DNA of 63,156 nt, the filler included, from an uncultured Methanoregulaceae archaeon (GTDB taxonomy: Archaea > Halobacteriota > Methanomicrobia > Methanomicrobiales > Methanospirillaceae): the NCBI GenBank assembly GCA_964530035.1. It is 5 parts of 5 records of this genome, joined end to end, with 100 filler letters (N's around TTAATTAATTAA, not from the genome) between each part and the next. Parts side by side here need not be neighbours in the genome. Positions count along the whole stretch, not along the records: positions 26,003 to 38,546 come from CAZGXZ010000065.1; positions 38,647 to 51,132 come from CAZGXZ010000066.1; 3 more parts are not named here. One strand, given 5' to 3'. Below are positions 29,582 to 39,884 of the stretch, piece after piece (the stretch's first letter is position 1; the number at the start of each line of letters is the position of its first letter). The position numbers and the translations under genes were made by a program. Under the pieces are notes generated by a model. That model ran no database searches and was not told the DNA's origin. It worked only from the letters and a program-made list of their open reading frames with translations.

Positions 29582-29739
29582 AGGTTCTCTTATAAGAATG
29601 CTTAATAAGGCAATAAGGGTGAGTCTTCGTACTTACAGTGATCGGTGACATGTCCATGGCCGCTCCGGGACCCGGGGACAATCGGGGGCCAGTGTGGGCT
29701 TAAAACGTATTTGGTAACCATTTTAAGAATAGTCGTGCT

Positions 29740-30159
29740 ATGAATTCATATATGGTCCGCAAAGGATTGTTACTGATCGGTCATGGCAGCAAGCTTCCTT
29801 ACAACAAGGAACTCGTCGATACAACGGCAAACCTCATCGCCACGCAATATCCTGGAGAATACGTGGTGAAGAGCGCATTCATGAATATGAACGACCCCTC
29901 CGTACCCGAAACCCTCGAACAGTTCCGGAAGGAGGAGATCGAGGCTCTTATCGTAGTCCCCCTCTTCCTTGCAAAGGGTGTTCACATCACGAAGGATATC
30001 CCCCCCCTCGTCGGCCTCGCCGAGGGAGAGTCGGTGGGCACATTCAGGCTCAACGGGAAGAGCGTCCCCCTGCTGTATGCCGACCCCATTGGTCCAGACC
30101 CCCTCCTTGCCGATCTGATGGTCAAGAATGCAAAGCGGGCATTTTCCACCATCAACTGA
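29740..30159 (+). CDS. cfbA: Sirohydrochlorin nickelochelatase (CbiX-type)
   Basis: GHGSKLPYN, VPLFLAKGVHITKDIP; first gene of the cfb cluster. Confidence 0.92.
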   Translation: MNSYMVRKGLLLIGHGSKLPYNKELVDTTANLIATQYPGEYVVKSAFMNMNDPSVPETLEQFRKEEIEALIVVPLFLAKGVHITKDIPPLVGLAEGESVGTFRLNGKSVPLLYADPIGPDPLLADLMVKNAKRAFSTIN

Positions 30160-30168
30160 TTATTTTTC

Positions 30169-31377
30169 ATGCGTATTCTCGTCCTTGACACCATTCACGG
30201 CGGAGACCTCATTGCCGGTGGCCTCCGGGAGCAAGGCCATGCATGCACCGCGGTCGATGTCTATCGCGGAGATGCTGCGCTGGTACGAGACGTACAAACG
30301 GATGACTTTGACCTTGTCGCAGCCCCGGTCCACCTCGACCCGGCCCATCCTCTCCTGCACCTCCCCCTCCCGTCCATCACCCACCACGAGGCGGTCCGGT
30401 GGCTCCTCCTTGGACAGGATCTCCCCCACCCTTTCATCGAGGTGACCGGGAAACAGGGCAAGACGACGACCGCTCATGCAATCGCCCACACGCTCCCGGG
30501 GCCGGGCATCCTCCATACCTCGTCAGGGACTTATCAGTACCCGGAACGGGAACGGTTGTACCGGGCGAGCATCACCCCGGCATCGCTCATCAGGGCGGTC
30601 CGTGAGGCCGGCCGCATCCAGGGCTGGCTTGTCGCCGAGGTCTCGCTCGGGGTGACCGGGGCGGGAGACCTCGCCGTCCTCACCTCGGACCTGGATTATC
30701 CGATCGCCGGCGGGAAGAAGAGTGCCATCGTCGCTAAAATGGCCTCTCTTGCACAGGCACGCCGGGCCATCGCCCCGGCCAGCCTCCCCTGCCCGGGGGT
30801 CCATACCGGTGAGATCGCAGCAGTGGACGGCGACGAGTGCAGGTACCGGTCAGGACAGGGTGCAGGTTCATTTACAAACCAGCTCCTGAAAACCGAACCC
30901 TACCGGTCGGCCCTGCCGATGGCGACAGCCGCCGCTCTCCTCACCGGGGGGGACCCGTCTCGGCTGGCGGGGTTCACAGCGGTCGCTGGGAGGATAGAGG
31001 TCACCCGCGACGGGGCGTGGTGCGTTCTGAACGACTCGAACAGCGGGATAAACAAGGAGACCTGCCGGGCCGCCGCAGAATATGCCTATGAAAACAACCT
31101 GCCCGGCCCGTATGTCCTGGTCATCGGGGAGGAGTTCAGGGCGGTCTGCGAAGGATTCCCGGCACCCGATGCCGCGGCTACAATTCTTTCCCTCCGCCCC
31201 GACGCCGTCGTGACCATCGGTTCCGACGAGTACGGGGCCACTGTCAAAAACCTCCTCGATACAGAAGGCTTCAAAAATCCCCTCTGCCACCGCCGGACCC
31301 TGGAGGACGGGCTTTCCACCGCAAAAGCCCGGGGAAGCGGCGGGACCATCATTGCCACCGTCAAGACATGGAGATGA
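30169..31377 (+). CDS. cfbE: Coenzyme F430 synthetase (Mur ligase-like)
   Basis: LDTIHGG, APVHLDP, EVTGKQGKTT, EVSLGVTG, DYPIAGG, C-terminal VKTWR. Confidence 0.92.
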   Translation: MRILVLDTIHGGDLIAGGLREQGHACTAVDVYRGDAALVRDVQTDDFDLVAAPVHLDPAHPLLHLPLPSITHHEAVRWLLLGQDLPHPFIEVTGKQGKTTTAHAIAHTLPGPGILHTSSGTYQYPERERLYRASITPASLIRAVREAGRIQGWLVAEVSLGVTGAGDLAVLTSDLDYPIAGGKKSAIVAKMASLAQARRAIAPASLPCPGVHTGEIAAVDGDECRYRSGQGAGSFTNQLLKTEPYRSALPMATAAALLTGGDPSRLAGFTAVAGRIEVTRDGAWCVLNDSNSGINKETCRAAAEYAYENNLPGPYVLVIGEEFRAVCEGFPAPDAAATILSLRPDAVVTIGSDEYGATVKNLLDTEGFKNPLCHRRTLEDGLSTAKARGSGGTIIATVKTWR

Positions 31378-31380
31378 CAC

Positions 31381-32445
31381 ATGGACTACATGCAGCCAAG
31401 GCCAAGTTCAATCGTCGCCGCACTGTACACCGCCCGTGACCTCGGAGTCGATGTCGCCGTCCTGCACGGCCCGTCGGGCTGTTCCTTCAAGCACGCCCGC
31501 CTCCTCGAGGAGGACGGCATGCGGGTGCTCACGACCGCCCTCTCTGACAACGAGTTCATCTTCGGCGGGCAGGCCCCCCTGGAACGGGTGCTCCGGTATG
31601 CCGAGGAGAACTTTCACCCGAAGCGGATGGCGGTCATCGGGACCTGCGCCTCGATGATCATCGGCGAGGACATGGCATCCGCCGTGGACAATGCCGGTAT
31701 CACCGTCCCGACCATCAGCGTCGACATCCATGCCGGGTTCATCGAGAACATCGACGGGGTCATCCGGACGCTCGAGGCCGCCGCCGGGGCGGGATGGATA
31801 ACCGATGACGAACTTTGCCGGCAGCAGGTCCTCCTGAAAGCCGCGAACATGGTCGAGAAGCTGCGTGGTGCTGCTTCAAAGCCGTACATCGAGCCGTCCC
31901 GGGGCGACATGAAGCACGAGGCAGCCGCCCGCCTCCTGGAGCTCGCACGGTCGGGGGCCCGGGGACTTGCGGTCATGAACGCGAAGAAGGAGACCGCGTA
32001 CATGTTCGCCGACATCCTCCTCGCCCTCCATGACACCTGCCCTGACGCCGCCATGTCCTACTACGCCAACCTTGACGACCGGGGCCTCCCGAAGGTCAGG
32101 CGGGACGCCCGGAGGATCCGGGACCAGCTTGGAGAACGGGGGCTTGCATTCACATCGTTTGGTGCGCTTGACGAGTACGGGGCGAACGGAGACATGATTG
32201 GCGGCCTGATACGGGAACAGAAGCCTGAGTTCGCCCTCATCGTCGGGGTACCCCATGCCGTCCCGGCAGAGTACACAACGGGCGTGGAGTGTTTTTCCGT
32301 AACAAACGGCCCCCGGCAGGTCGCCCCGCTCCGTGAGCTCGGCCATGCCCACGTCATCGTCGAGATCGACCTCCACCCGAGGACGCTTGGCATCGACCAC
32401 ATCACCGAGAGTGAGTTCGGGGCGGTGGTCCGGAGCCTGGCATGA
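31381..32445 (+). CDS. cfbD: Ni-sirohydrochlorin a,c-diamide reductive cyclase catalytic subunit
   Basis: [46 protein letters not shown]. Confidence 0.95.
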   Translation: MDYMQPRPSSIVAALYTARDLGVDVAVLHGPSGCSFKHARLLEEDGMRVLTTALSDNEFIFGGQAPLERVLRYAEENFHPKRMAVIGTCASMIIGEDMASAVDNAGITVPTISVDIHAGFIENIDGVIRTLEAAAGAGWITDDELCRQQVLLKAANMVEKLRGAASKPYIEPSRGDMKHEAAARLLELARSGARGLAVMNAKKETAYMFADILLALHDTCPDAAMSYYANLDDRGLPKVRRDARRIRDQLGERGLAFTSFGALDEYGANGDMIGGLIREQKPEFALIVGVPHAVPAEYTTGVECFSVTNGPRQVAPLRELGHAHVIVEIDLHPRTLGIDHITESEFGAVVRSLA

Positions 32446-33809
32446 AGGCCTTCATGGTCGCCGGCGACCGCTCCGGGAGCGGCAAGACCAGCATCACCCT
32501 CGCCATCGCCGGGACGCTCGCCCGGACCCGGACTGTTGCGGCGTTCAAGGTCGGGATGGACTATATCGACCCGTCCTACCACGCCGCGGCGACCGGCAGG
32601 CCGTGCCGCAACCTCGACAGCTATGTGATGTCGGAGGACGAGATCCGGGACACCTTTGCGAGGGGCTCGGCCGGGGCGGACATCGCCGTTGTCGAAGGCG
32701 TCCGCGGCCTCTTCGAGGGAGCCGACGGCCGCGGGGATGCGGGGAGCAGCGCTTCGATCGCCAAGATACTGGGAATCCCCGTTGTCCTCGTCATCGACGC
32801 CCGTTCGATCACCCGGAGTGCCGCAGCGATCATCCGGGGCTTCGCCGCGTTCGACCCGGAGGTCCAGGTGGCAGGGGTCATCCTGAATAACGTCTCGGGA
32901 CCCCAGCACCGCCGGAAACTGTGCGATGCGGTCAGCCATTTCACCGGGCTCCCGGTGGCCGGTACCGTTCCGCGGGTACGGGACGCCGGGCTTGAGATGC
33001 GGCACCTCGGTCTTGTGCCGTTTCAGGAGGGGATGACTTCGCACTCGTTCAGGTCGCACGTGGACGGCGTCGTCCAGGCGATTGGCGAGGCCATAGACTA
33101 CGACGTCCTCCTCGGGTGTGCCCGTGAAGTCGAGGCCGCCCCTGTTTCCCCTCCGGACAATCCTATTGCTGACGTACGGATCGGTGTCGCGTCCGACGAG
33201 GTCTTCACCTTCTATTACCACGACCTCTTCGAGGTCCTCCCCTCGCTCGGGGCTGAGGTCGTGCGGTGGAGCCCGGTCTCCGGCCGCCTCCCGGACTGCG
33301 ACGGGTACATCCTCGGCGGCGGGTATCCTGAACTCTACTGCCGGCAGCTTGAAGCGAACACGCTCGCGAGAGAGGCCCTCCGCGAATATTCTGAGAACGG
33401 CGTCCCGGTCTATGCAGAGTGCGGGGGCCTCATGTATGTCACGGACCGGATGCGTCTTTCCGGGAAGTTCACACCGGACGGTGCCGAGGAGTCCTTCGAG
33501 ATGGCGGGGCTTCTCCCCGGTGAGACGGTCATGCCATGGCACCGGGTCGTCTCGTACGTCGAGGGGTCGTCGCCCGGGGGGTCCTGTTTCGGCCCGTGCC
33601 GATTCCGCGGCCACGAGTTCCATTACTCGAAGGTCTGCCTCGGCGACCACGTCGGGTATGCCTTCCAGCTCTCCCGGGGACAGGGAATCGACGGTGGGAA
33701 GGACGGGGGGACGGTCCGGAGGACAACCGGCAGTTATACCCACCTCCACCCGCTGAGCAGCCGGGCGATGTTTCAGGCCTTTGTCGGGGCATGCAGGGAG
33801 AAGGTGTGA
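32442..33809 (+). CDS. cfbB: Ni-sirohydrochlorin a,c-diamide synthase (CobB/CbiA family)
   Basis: SGSGKT, FKVGMDYIDP, EGVRGLFEG, GGGYPE, YAECGGLMY, GHEFHYS; ATGA overlap with cfbD. Confidence 0.92.
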   Translation: MKAFMVAGDRSGSGKTSITLAIAGTLARTRTVAAFKVGMDYIDPSYHAAATGRPCRNLDSYVMSEDEIRDTFARGSAGADIAVVEGVRGLFEGADGRGDAGSSASIAKILGIPVVLVIDARSITRSAAAIIRGFAAFDPEVQVAGVILNNVSGPQHRRKLCDAVSHFTGLPVAGTVPRVRDAGLEMRHLGLVPFQEGMTSHSFRSHVDGVVQAIGEAIDYDVLLGCAREVEAAPVSPPDNPIADVRIGVASDEVFTFYYHDLFEVLPSLGAEVVRWSPVSGRLPDCDGYILGGGYPELYCRQLEANTLAREALREYSENGVPVYAECGGLMYVTDRMRLSGKFTPDGAEESFEMAGLLPGETVMPWHRVVSYVEGSSPGGSCFGPCRFRGHEFHYSKVCLGDHVGYAFQLSRGQGIDGGKDGGTVRRTTGSYTHLHPLSSRAMFQAFVGACREKV

Positions 33810-33880
33810 GTAGCAGGGTGGGAGAGGGTTTTTCAGAATATATCCTACTCCGATCAGGATAAAGAGATAAACGACATTTT

Positions 33881-34153
33881 CGATTTTTCCCCGGAGCAGC
33901 GATACGTCCGGTATATTTAAAACCGGGGGGTTGCCGCCCCCCATTCTCCCCGCATGCGATAGCCAGGGCAAGCCGCTGGCGGTTCCGTGATTAGGGTTTA
34001 TTGGTTTAGTTTTCCACAGTTTTCACTCTTCAGCGAGGTTTCTTTATGAGAGGTATAGTCATCCTGAAAGGCTGTGGGTCCGCCGCCGGGGCGCCCTTCG
34101 GGGGCGGCGGGGTATCCTTCCGGGGGCGTGGGGGCACGCCCCCACTGAAGAGT
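33881..34153 (+). repeat. Hairpin-rich non-coding element, copy 1
   Basis: Aligns by eye with 34316-34547; several GC stems including a perfect 9-bp stem at 34122-34143. Confidence 0.75.
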
Positions 34154-34315
34154 AACTGATTGTTCGATATAGGAAAAGATGATTATACGAGTATTCAGCG
34201 AGTTCTGGAAAGCTACTGAAAGGACTGGAATATTTCGTTTGCAGTATCTTTAATCAGGCAGATTGCCTGGCCATTCTCTCAAGCAACGAAGAATTGCTTG
34301 TTAAATAGATTGTAT

Positions 34316-34547
34316 CGAGTTTTCCCCGGAACAGCGATACGTTAGGAGTATTACGAACCGGGGGGCTGCCGCCCCCCATTTCCCCTGCATACAATAGCCA
34401 TGGCAAACCGTAAGTGTTTACTTGATCGGGGGTTTTTGGTAGTTTTTAAGGCTTCAATCTTCAGAGACATTTTTATGAGACTTAAAATCTTCATGATGAT
34501 CTATGGGACAACCATCCAAGCGCCTTTCGGATATGATGAGGTGTCCT
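34316..34547 (+). repeat. Hairpin-rich non-coding element, degenerate copy 2
   Basis: Shares TTTCCCCGGA.CAGCGATACGT, AACCGGGGGG.TGCCGCCCCCCATT, TCTTCAG, TTTATGAGA, GCGCC.TTCGG with copy 1. Confidence 0.75.
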
Positions 34548-34668
34548 GAATCTGATAGGGAAAGAAACCAATTTTAGAACTACTTCCACCAACTTTGACC
34601 TCAAGATGAAATTAGCATACCTCCGGGTTTCCTGGCATCACAAAAAGAACTGGAAATGGGATTAAAAT

Positions 34669-37231
34669 TCAGTCACATATTCTTGCAATACAGCCGGGAA
34701 CTGTACATACCGGGGTATCACCACAACAAACAGGTATATCACGGCAGTTCGTTCCCGAACCTGGAGATGTGGTTGACCCGGTTGAAGACCCGGCAGGCGT
34801 CCCAGTGAAGTGCCCAGTCCACTGGCTGCTGAGATCGGTCGTGTTGAAGGTAATGGTAATATCATTCACGCACTTGCAACCAAGTGAGCCGCCAACCTGT
34901 AATTCCTTGTGCTGTCCTGACGGACAGACCGTGCCCTGGCAGGCGCATTCTGCAAGTGTCGTGTCGTATTGCTGGTCACATTTCTGCTGACAGGACAGGA
35001 CCGCCTCCGTGGTCTTTTCGCTACCGCCTGCGCTGTTCTTCGTTTTTGCAGACGAAACGCAGGCCTGGTAGCAGGAGAGACAGCCTGAGGATGTGCCGGT
35101 GGCTCCCGAGGGGATCCTGATGCACGAGTTCCCAGTCACCGCGTCCTTGCATGCATTCTGACATGACATGTTGTCATCCCCGCATTTTTCAAGACAACTG
35201 GTGCATGAGTTTACGTCCAGAGTGCCCGACGAACACGGTTGTCCACTTGCATCCTTGCAGTTCTTCAGGCAGTTCTGGTCACTACCACATTTATCCTGGC
35301 ACACACTGCACGAATCCACGTCCAACGTCACCGATAAACACGGCTTTCCACTCGCGTCCTTGCAGTTCTTCAGGCAGTTCTGGTCACTACCACATTTATC
35401 CTGGCACACACNNNNNNNNNNNNNNNNNNNNNNNNNNNNNNNNNNNNNNNNNNNNNNNNNNNNNNNNNNNNNNNNNNNNNNNNNNNNNNNNNNNNNNNNN
35501 NNNNNNNNNNNTGCAGGAGTCCACATCCAGGGTGCCGGACGAACACGGTTGTCCCGCTGCGTCCTTGCAGCTTTTCAGGCAGTTCTCGTCGGTTCCACAG
35601 TTTGCCTGGCATATAGTGCACGAGTCAGCGAATGTCTCTATTGACACGCAGGCTTTCCCCGAGCTATCCTTGCATTTCGAGAGGCAGGCAGTGTCTCCCG
35701 TGCTGCACCGGTTTATACAGTCCTTGCAGTCCTCGATCCAGTCCTCGTTGGAACCGCACGAACAGGCGTTCATCTTGACGCAGTCCGAATATATCGAGGA
35801 ATATGCGTCCATGTACCCGTCATACGGGGGTTTTTCGTCCTTGACGACCTTGTAGGCCGCGTCCTCGGCGTAATACTCGCAGTCCATGCAGTATGGCAGG
35901 CCGTCCTCCTCAAAGACCGCATCTCCCTTGACACCGCACTGGTTTGTATAACAGGAGAACCGCTCGCTCGACTGGTTCGGGAGTTTGCCCTGTTCCGTGT
36001 TCTGGTTACAGGAGTCGATACATGACGAGCACGAGTTCTTCGAAGTCGTGGTTGCCCCCCGGGTGACCTTCGGTGTCGGGGTCGGCTTCACCGTCTGCTG
36101 GGCCTTTGTCGGCTGTTCCTTCGCCTGGCAGGGCTCGCAGGTCCGGTTGAAGGAGAGCATCCGGGCGACAAGGACTCGTGCTGCGTCCTGCTCGTGGTAC
36201 TTCGGCTCGGTATAGACCTTTCCGAAGGAGGTGTCCTTCTGCCATGCTGAGGGGTCACCGTACAGATATACTCTGCCGCAGCCGAGGCCGTTTAAGCCGA
36301 TGGCTATTGGCCGGCTACCGGCAGCCTGTACTACCGGGGAGTACTTCGGGTTCTTCGGCGAGGTAAACGAGGTGCTGTCACTCCTCACGAGGGACTGGAC
36401 GGTCTTCGGCTTGATGGAGAGGACATGGAACCCGGCGAACGTATCAGGTTTCATCTCGGGCTTCAGGCCGTCGGCAGGGAGCCAGATGTCAGGCGGGTTG
36501 CCGGCAAAGACCTGTGTCCCGGCGCTTTCGGAGTCCATGATGTCGAGGACTCCCGATGAGACCTTGCCCTCGGTGAACCTCCCTTCAACATGGATCCCCT
36601 TCAGGAGGTCGTTGATGACCGCCGCGGATGCATAGGAGGTCTTCATGTCGGCGAGGTACTGGGTCTGGTCCTTGCCCCCCATGAATTGCTGGGCCATGAC
36701 CAGCAGGGTGTTCCCCTTGAGGACAAAGCAGGCGATAGCGTCCTTTTCCGCCTGGGTGAAGTAGACCGGCCCGTTTTTACCTGTGTCCGGCTGGGCCACG
36801 ATGTAGAGGTCGGTGTTGGCAAGTTCCGTGGCGGTTATCGGTTTCACCGTGGTGACCCTGACCTCGTACCCCTGGTCCCGCATGTCCTTTGCCCAGTCCT
36901 GCCAGTCGAAGAGGCGGTTATTCGAAGACCGGTCAAGGTTCGGTGCGACTATTCCGTCAAGCGTGACGCGTTCGGCATGAGCCAGGTCGACAAGGATCCT
37001 GTACTGCCTGACAGGCGGGTCTCCATTCGGACACCAGGTGTCGTTCCAGGGACAGGGTACCGTAAGAGGGTCCCATTTCAGGGAAGTGACGGGTTTTATC
37101 GTCGCTTCGGTAACCCGTACCGTCCCCTGGACAGCGAGGTCGTTCTGCGAGAGCAATGCGGCTGATACGGCGGTCCCTGCGAGGCCGATGAGGACGGCGA
37201 CAAGGACGTAGCGCAGGATCGGGTGGTTCAA
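34669..37231 (-). CDS. Large secreted protein: GATase-like/DUF4350-like N-domain, Thr linker, Cys-rich repeats; 100-N gap at 35412-35511
   Basis: TTG start, signal peptide, RILVDLAHAE, GRVYLYGD; the gap flanks join in frame as C-S-V-C-Q. Confidence 0.8.
35122..35728 (-). repeat. Intragenic tandem repeat, about 105 bp / 35 aa, at least 5 units
   Basis: CxxCxxxC-x5/6-CxxxCKD-x5/6-C units; two copies nearly identical at DNA level 105 bp apart. Confidence 0.9.
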
Positions 37232-37465
37232 GGTAACTGCTCCAAAGAGGAACCAAAGAGGAATATCTCGTCGGTTTCCTTCCCATTTTATTGATGAGCA
37301 TTAATGATTATAAATATTGGGGATTTGTCGTCTCAATCATTTCTCATCACCACGGACCCGGAAACCGGATTGCTTTGGGACAATAAGCAGGAACTATAAA
37401 CAGCAACCTTCACATGGAAGAAGGAAGAATATCGCACCATTGCGGCGTTTCCGCCACGTCTCCCC

Positions 37466-38422
37466 ATGTACGCCATAGAAGCACTCTCGCTGTCAAAACG
37501 GTTCGGTACCCTCCAGGCATTGAGCGATGTTTCCTTTACCGTCAGTGAAGGCGAAACATTCGGGTTCCTCGGCCCGAACGGGGCAGGAAAGACGACCACG
37601 ATCCGGATCCTGACCGGTATATCGCCGCCGACGGGGGGGACTGCCCGGGTCTTCGGGAGGGACATCGTGAAGGAGACGATTGCGGCCCGGAGCCGGATGG
37701 GCATCGTCCACGAGACATCAAATATCTATACTGACCTCACCGCCTGGCAGAACCTGATGTTTACCGCCGGGCTCTACCACGTCCCCAGGAGGGACCGGGA
37801 AATGAGGGCCGTGGAACTGCTTGAAACATTCGGGCTTTATGACCGGCGGGATGATAAAACGAACGGTTTTTCGAAGGGGATGAAGAGAAGGCTCACTCTT
37901 GCGATGGGACTCATCAACCATCCCCGCCTCCTGTTCCTCGACGAACCGACCTCGGGGCTGGATGTGCAGAGCAACCTCATCATCAGGGAGGTCATCCGGG
38001 ACCTGAACAGGAACGGCGTTACAGTCTTTCTCACGACCCATAACATCGAGGAGGCGAACCTTGCCTGTGACCGGGTGGCCATCATCAACAAGGGCCGGAT
38101 TGCAGCGATCGACTCTCCCGAACGGCTCAAGAAGGCCATCCAGAGCGTCCAGTCGGTCGAGGTCGCCTTTGAACCGGAAGGGCTTGTCGGACCTGCCGAT
38201 CTCGGCAGCATTCCCCATGTAAGCGAGGTCGTCAAGCAGGGTGACAAGTTCCGGCTGATCACCGCGGACCCGGGTCAGGTCTTCGACGGCATCACGGAGT
38301 TTGCCCGGGCGCATCATGTCAGGGTGATCAGCGTCACCACGCTCGGGCCCAGCCTCGAGGATGTTTTCATCAGGCTCACCGGGCTGGAAACCAGGACGAA
38401 GGGGGTGAAGACCCTTGACTGA
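37466..38422 (+). CDS. ABC-2 type exporter ATPase (DrrA-like)
   Basis: GPNGAGKTT, FSKGMKRR, LFLDEPTSGLD, TTHNIEEA, SLEDVF. Confidence 0.93.
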   Translation: MYAIEALSLSKRFGTLQALSDVSFTVSEGETFGFLGPNGAGKTTTIRILTGISPPTGGTARVFGRDIVKETIAARSRMGIVHETSNIYTDLTAWQNLMFTAGLYHVPRRDREMRAVELLETFGLYDRRDDKTNGFSKGMKRRLTLAMGLINHPRLLFLDEPTSGLDVQSNLIIREVIRDLNRNGVTVFLTTHNIEEANLACDRVAIINKGRIAAIDSPERLKKAIQSVQSVEVAFEPEGLVGPADLGSIPHVSEVVKQGDKFRLITADPGQVFDGITEFARAHHVRVISVTTLGPSLEDVFIRLTGLETRTKGVKTLD

Positions 38423-38546
38423 CGCGGAAGGAGGGTCTTCGAAGATTGCACGGGAGCTCTGCGCCGCCTGGACCATCGCCAGGAAGGATATGCTGATCTA
38501 TTACCTCAAGCCCAACATCATCGTCTCCGGCATGCTCTTCCCCCTC
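38415..38546 (+). CDS. ABC-2 permease, N-terminal fragment
   Basis: TTG start overlapping the ATPase end; AAWTIARKDMLIYYLKP; truncated by linker. Confidence 0.7.
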
Positions 38547-38646
38547 NNNNNNNNNNNNNNNNNNNNNNNNNNNNNNNNNNNNNNNNNNNNTTAATTAATT
38601 AANNNNNNNNNNNNNNNNNNNNNNNNNNNNNNNNNNNNNNNNNNNN
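38547..38646. other. Artificial contig linker
   Basis: N run with TTAATTAATTAA. Confidence 0.97.
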
Positions 38647-38711
38647 GATTGCATGTAAGGCCCGGTTAAGACCCGAAGGAGACTACCCGATGATGAAAGT
38701 CATATCCGTTC

Positions 38712-39542
38712 ATGAAGCCCCCTGCGATCCCCTTAACTGACGACCATATTCATATTGACCCGGTCCACGGGAGGGGCCTGGACGCGGCCAGGGATTTCAT
38801 GAGGGCAGGGGGGACACACCTCTTTCTCGTCTCAAAACCGTCATGGTCACATGGGGTGACGCCCAGGAAGGGATCAGATTACCGGAAGGTGTTCGATGAA
38901 ACCCTGACTGTGGCTGATGGCATCCGGGAGACTGGTCTCGTTGTGTTCCCAGTACTCGGGGTCCACCCGGCGGAAATCACACGGCTTGCTGATGAAATCG
39001 GCCTTGAACAGGCGGCATCAGTCATGAAGGAAGGCCTGGCCGTCGCTGCCGGTTATGTCAGCGAGGGCCTGGCCGTCGCTCTCAAGAGCGGGAGGCCCCA
39101 CTACGAAGTAGGACAGGACGTACAGGCCGCATCTGACGAGGTCCTGTCCCACGCCCTCTCACTGGCCGGAAGGCTTTCCTGTGCAGTCCAGGTCCATGCG
39201 GAGACCGGGCCTTGTACCGATATCGTTGATATGGCCAGGAAGGCGGGAGCTGACCCCTGCCGTGTGGTAAAACATTACGGGTCGCCGGATACTCCACTCC
39301 ACCCTTCCCTCATCGCCACCCACGGGGAAATCGCAGAACTTGCAGGGAAAGGGCGCCGTTTCACCCTTGAAAGCGATTACATGGACGAAAACTCGCGCCC
39401 GGGTGCGGTTACAGGTCCGAAGTCGGTCCCGAGGTTTACAAAAAAGCTGATAGATGCAGGCAGGCTCACCCTTGAACAGGCATACATCATCCATGCAGAG
39501 ACACCGGAAAAGGTATACGGCGTGGAAATCGAACTTTCCTGA
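38712..39542 (+). CDS. TatD-related metal-dependent hydrolase
   Basis: DDHIHID, LGVHPAE, GRPHY, QVHAE, ESDYMD..RPGAV. Confidence 0.9.
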   Translation: MKPPAIPLTDDHIHIDPVHGRGLDAARDFMRAGGTHLFLVSKPSWSHGVTPRKGSDYRKVFDETLTVADGIRETGLVVFPVLGVHPAEITRLADEIGLEQAASVMKEGLAVAAGYVSEGLAVALKSGRPHYEVGQDVQAASDEVLSHALSLAGRLSCAVQVHAETGPCTDIVDMARKAGADPCRVVKHYGSPDTPLHPSLIATHGEIAELAGKGRRFTLESDYMDENSRPGAVTGPKSVPRFTKKLIDAGRLTLEQAYIIHAETPEKVYGVEIELS

Positions 39543-39589
39543 TCACCCTTCACGACCTTTATGCCCCTTCCCGCCGGATGATAGGTACA

Positions 39590-39883
39590 ATGTTCTGCAA
39601 GGTGCACCGTGCACAGGACGGGACCGAGGTCGTAGCCGTCTGCGACAGGGAACTTGTCAACACAACCATCATGCACGGGGATCTCCCGATCACGATCAAT
39701 AGCTCGTTCTACGGGACCGAGGAAAGGCCAGAAGAGGAAGTCATGGCGATTCTCCAAAGGGCTGACAACATCAACATCATCGGCGAGCGGAGCGTCAGGC
39801 TTGCCCTTTCACTTGGTGTTGTTGACAAGGACGCATGCGTCCTCCTCGGGAAGGTCCCGCATGCACAGGTAGTCCGGATCTGA
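39590..39883 (+). CDS. DUF424 family protein
   Basis: VVAVCDREL, FYG, INIIGERSV, VPHAQ. Confidence 0.88.
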   Translation: MFCKVHRAQDGTEVVAVCDRELVNTTIMHGDLPITINSSFYGTEERPEEEVMAILQRADNINIIGERSVRLALSLGVVDKDACVLLGKVPHAQVVRI

Positions 39884-39884
39884 T

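Noticed and set aside
32442..33809. Calling this gene cobB/cbiA and linking it to the btu/cbiZ cluster
   Set aside because: Its cfbA/E/D context indicates cfbB, and it lies on a different contig from the corrinoid cluster
32061..33971. 636-aa minus-strand ORF, and similar long shadow ORFs such as 735-1739 and 4673-5701
   Set aside because: Antisense to well-supported genes in GC-rich DNA, with no protein motifs
35243..35411. Near-identical repeats as a CRISPR array or DGR template/variable pair
   Set aside because: In-frame coding units without unique spacers; no cas or reverse transcriptase gene on the contig; differences are not adenine-specific
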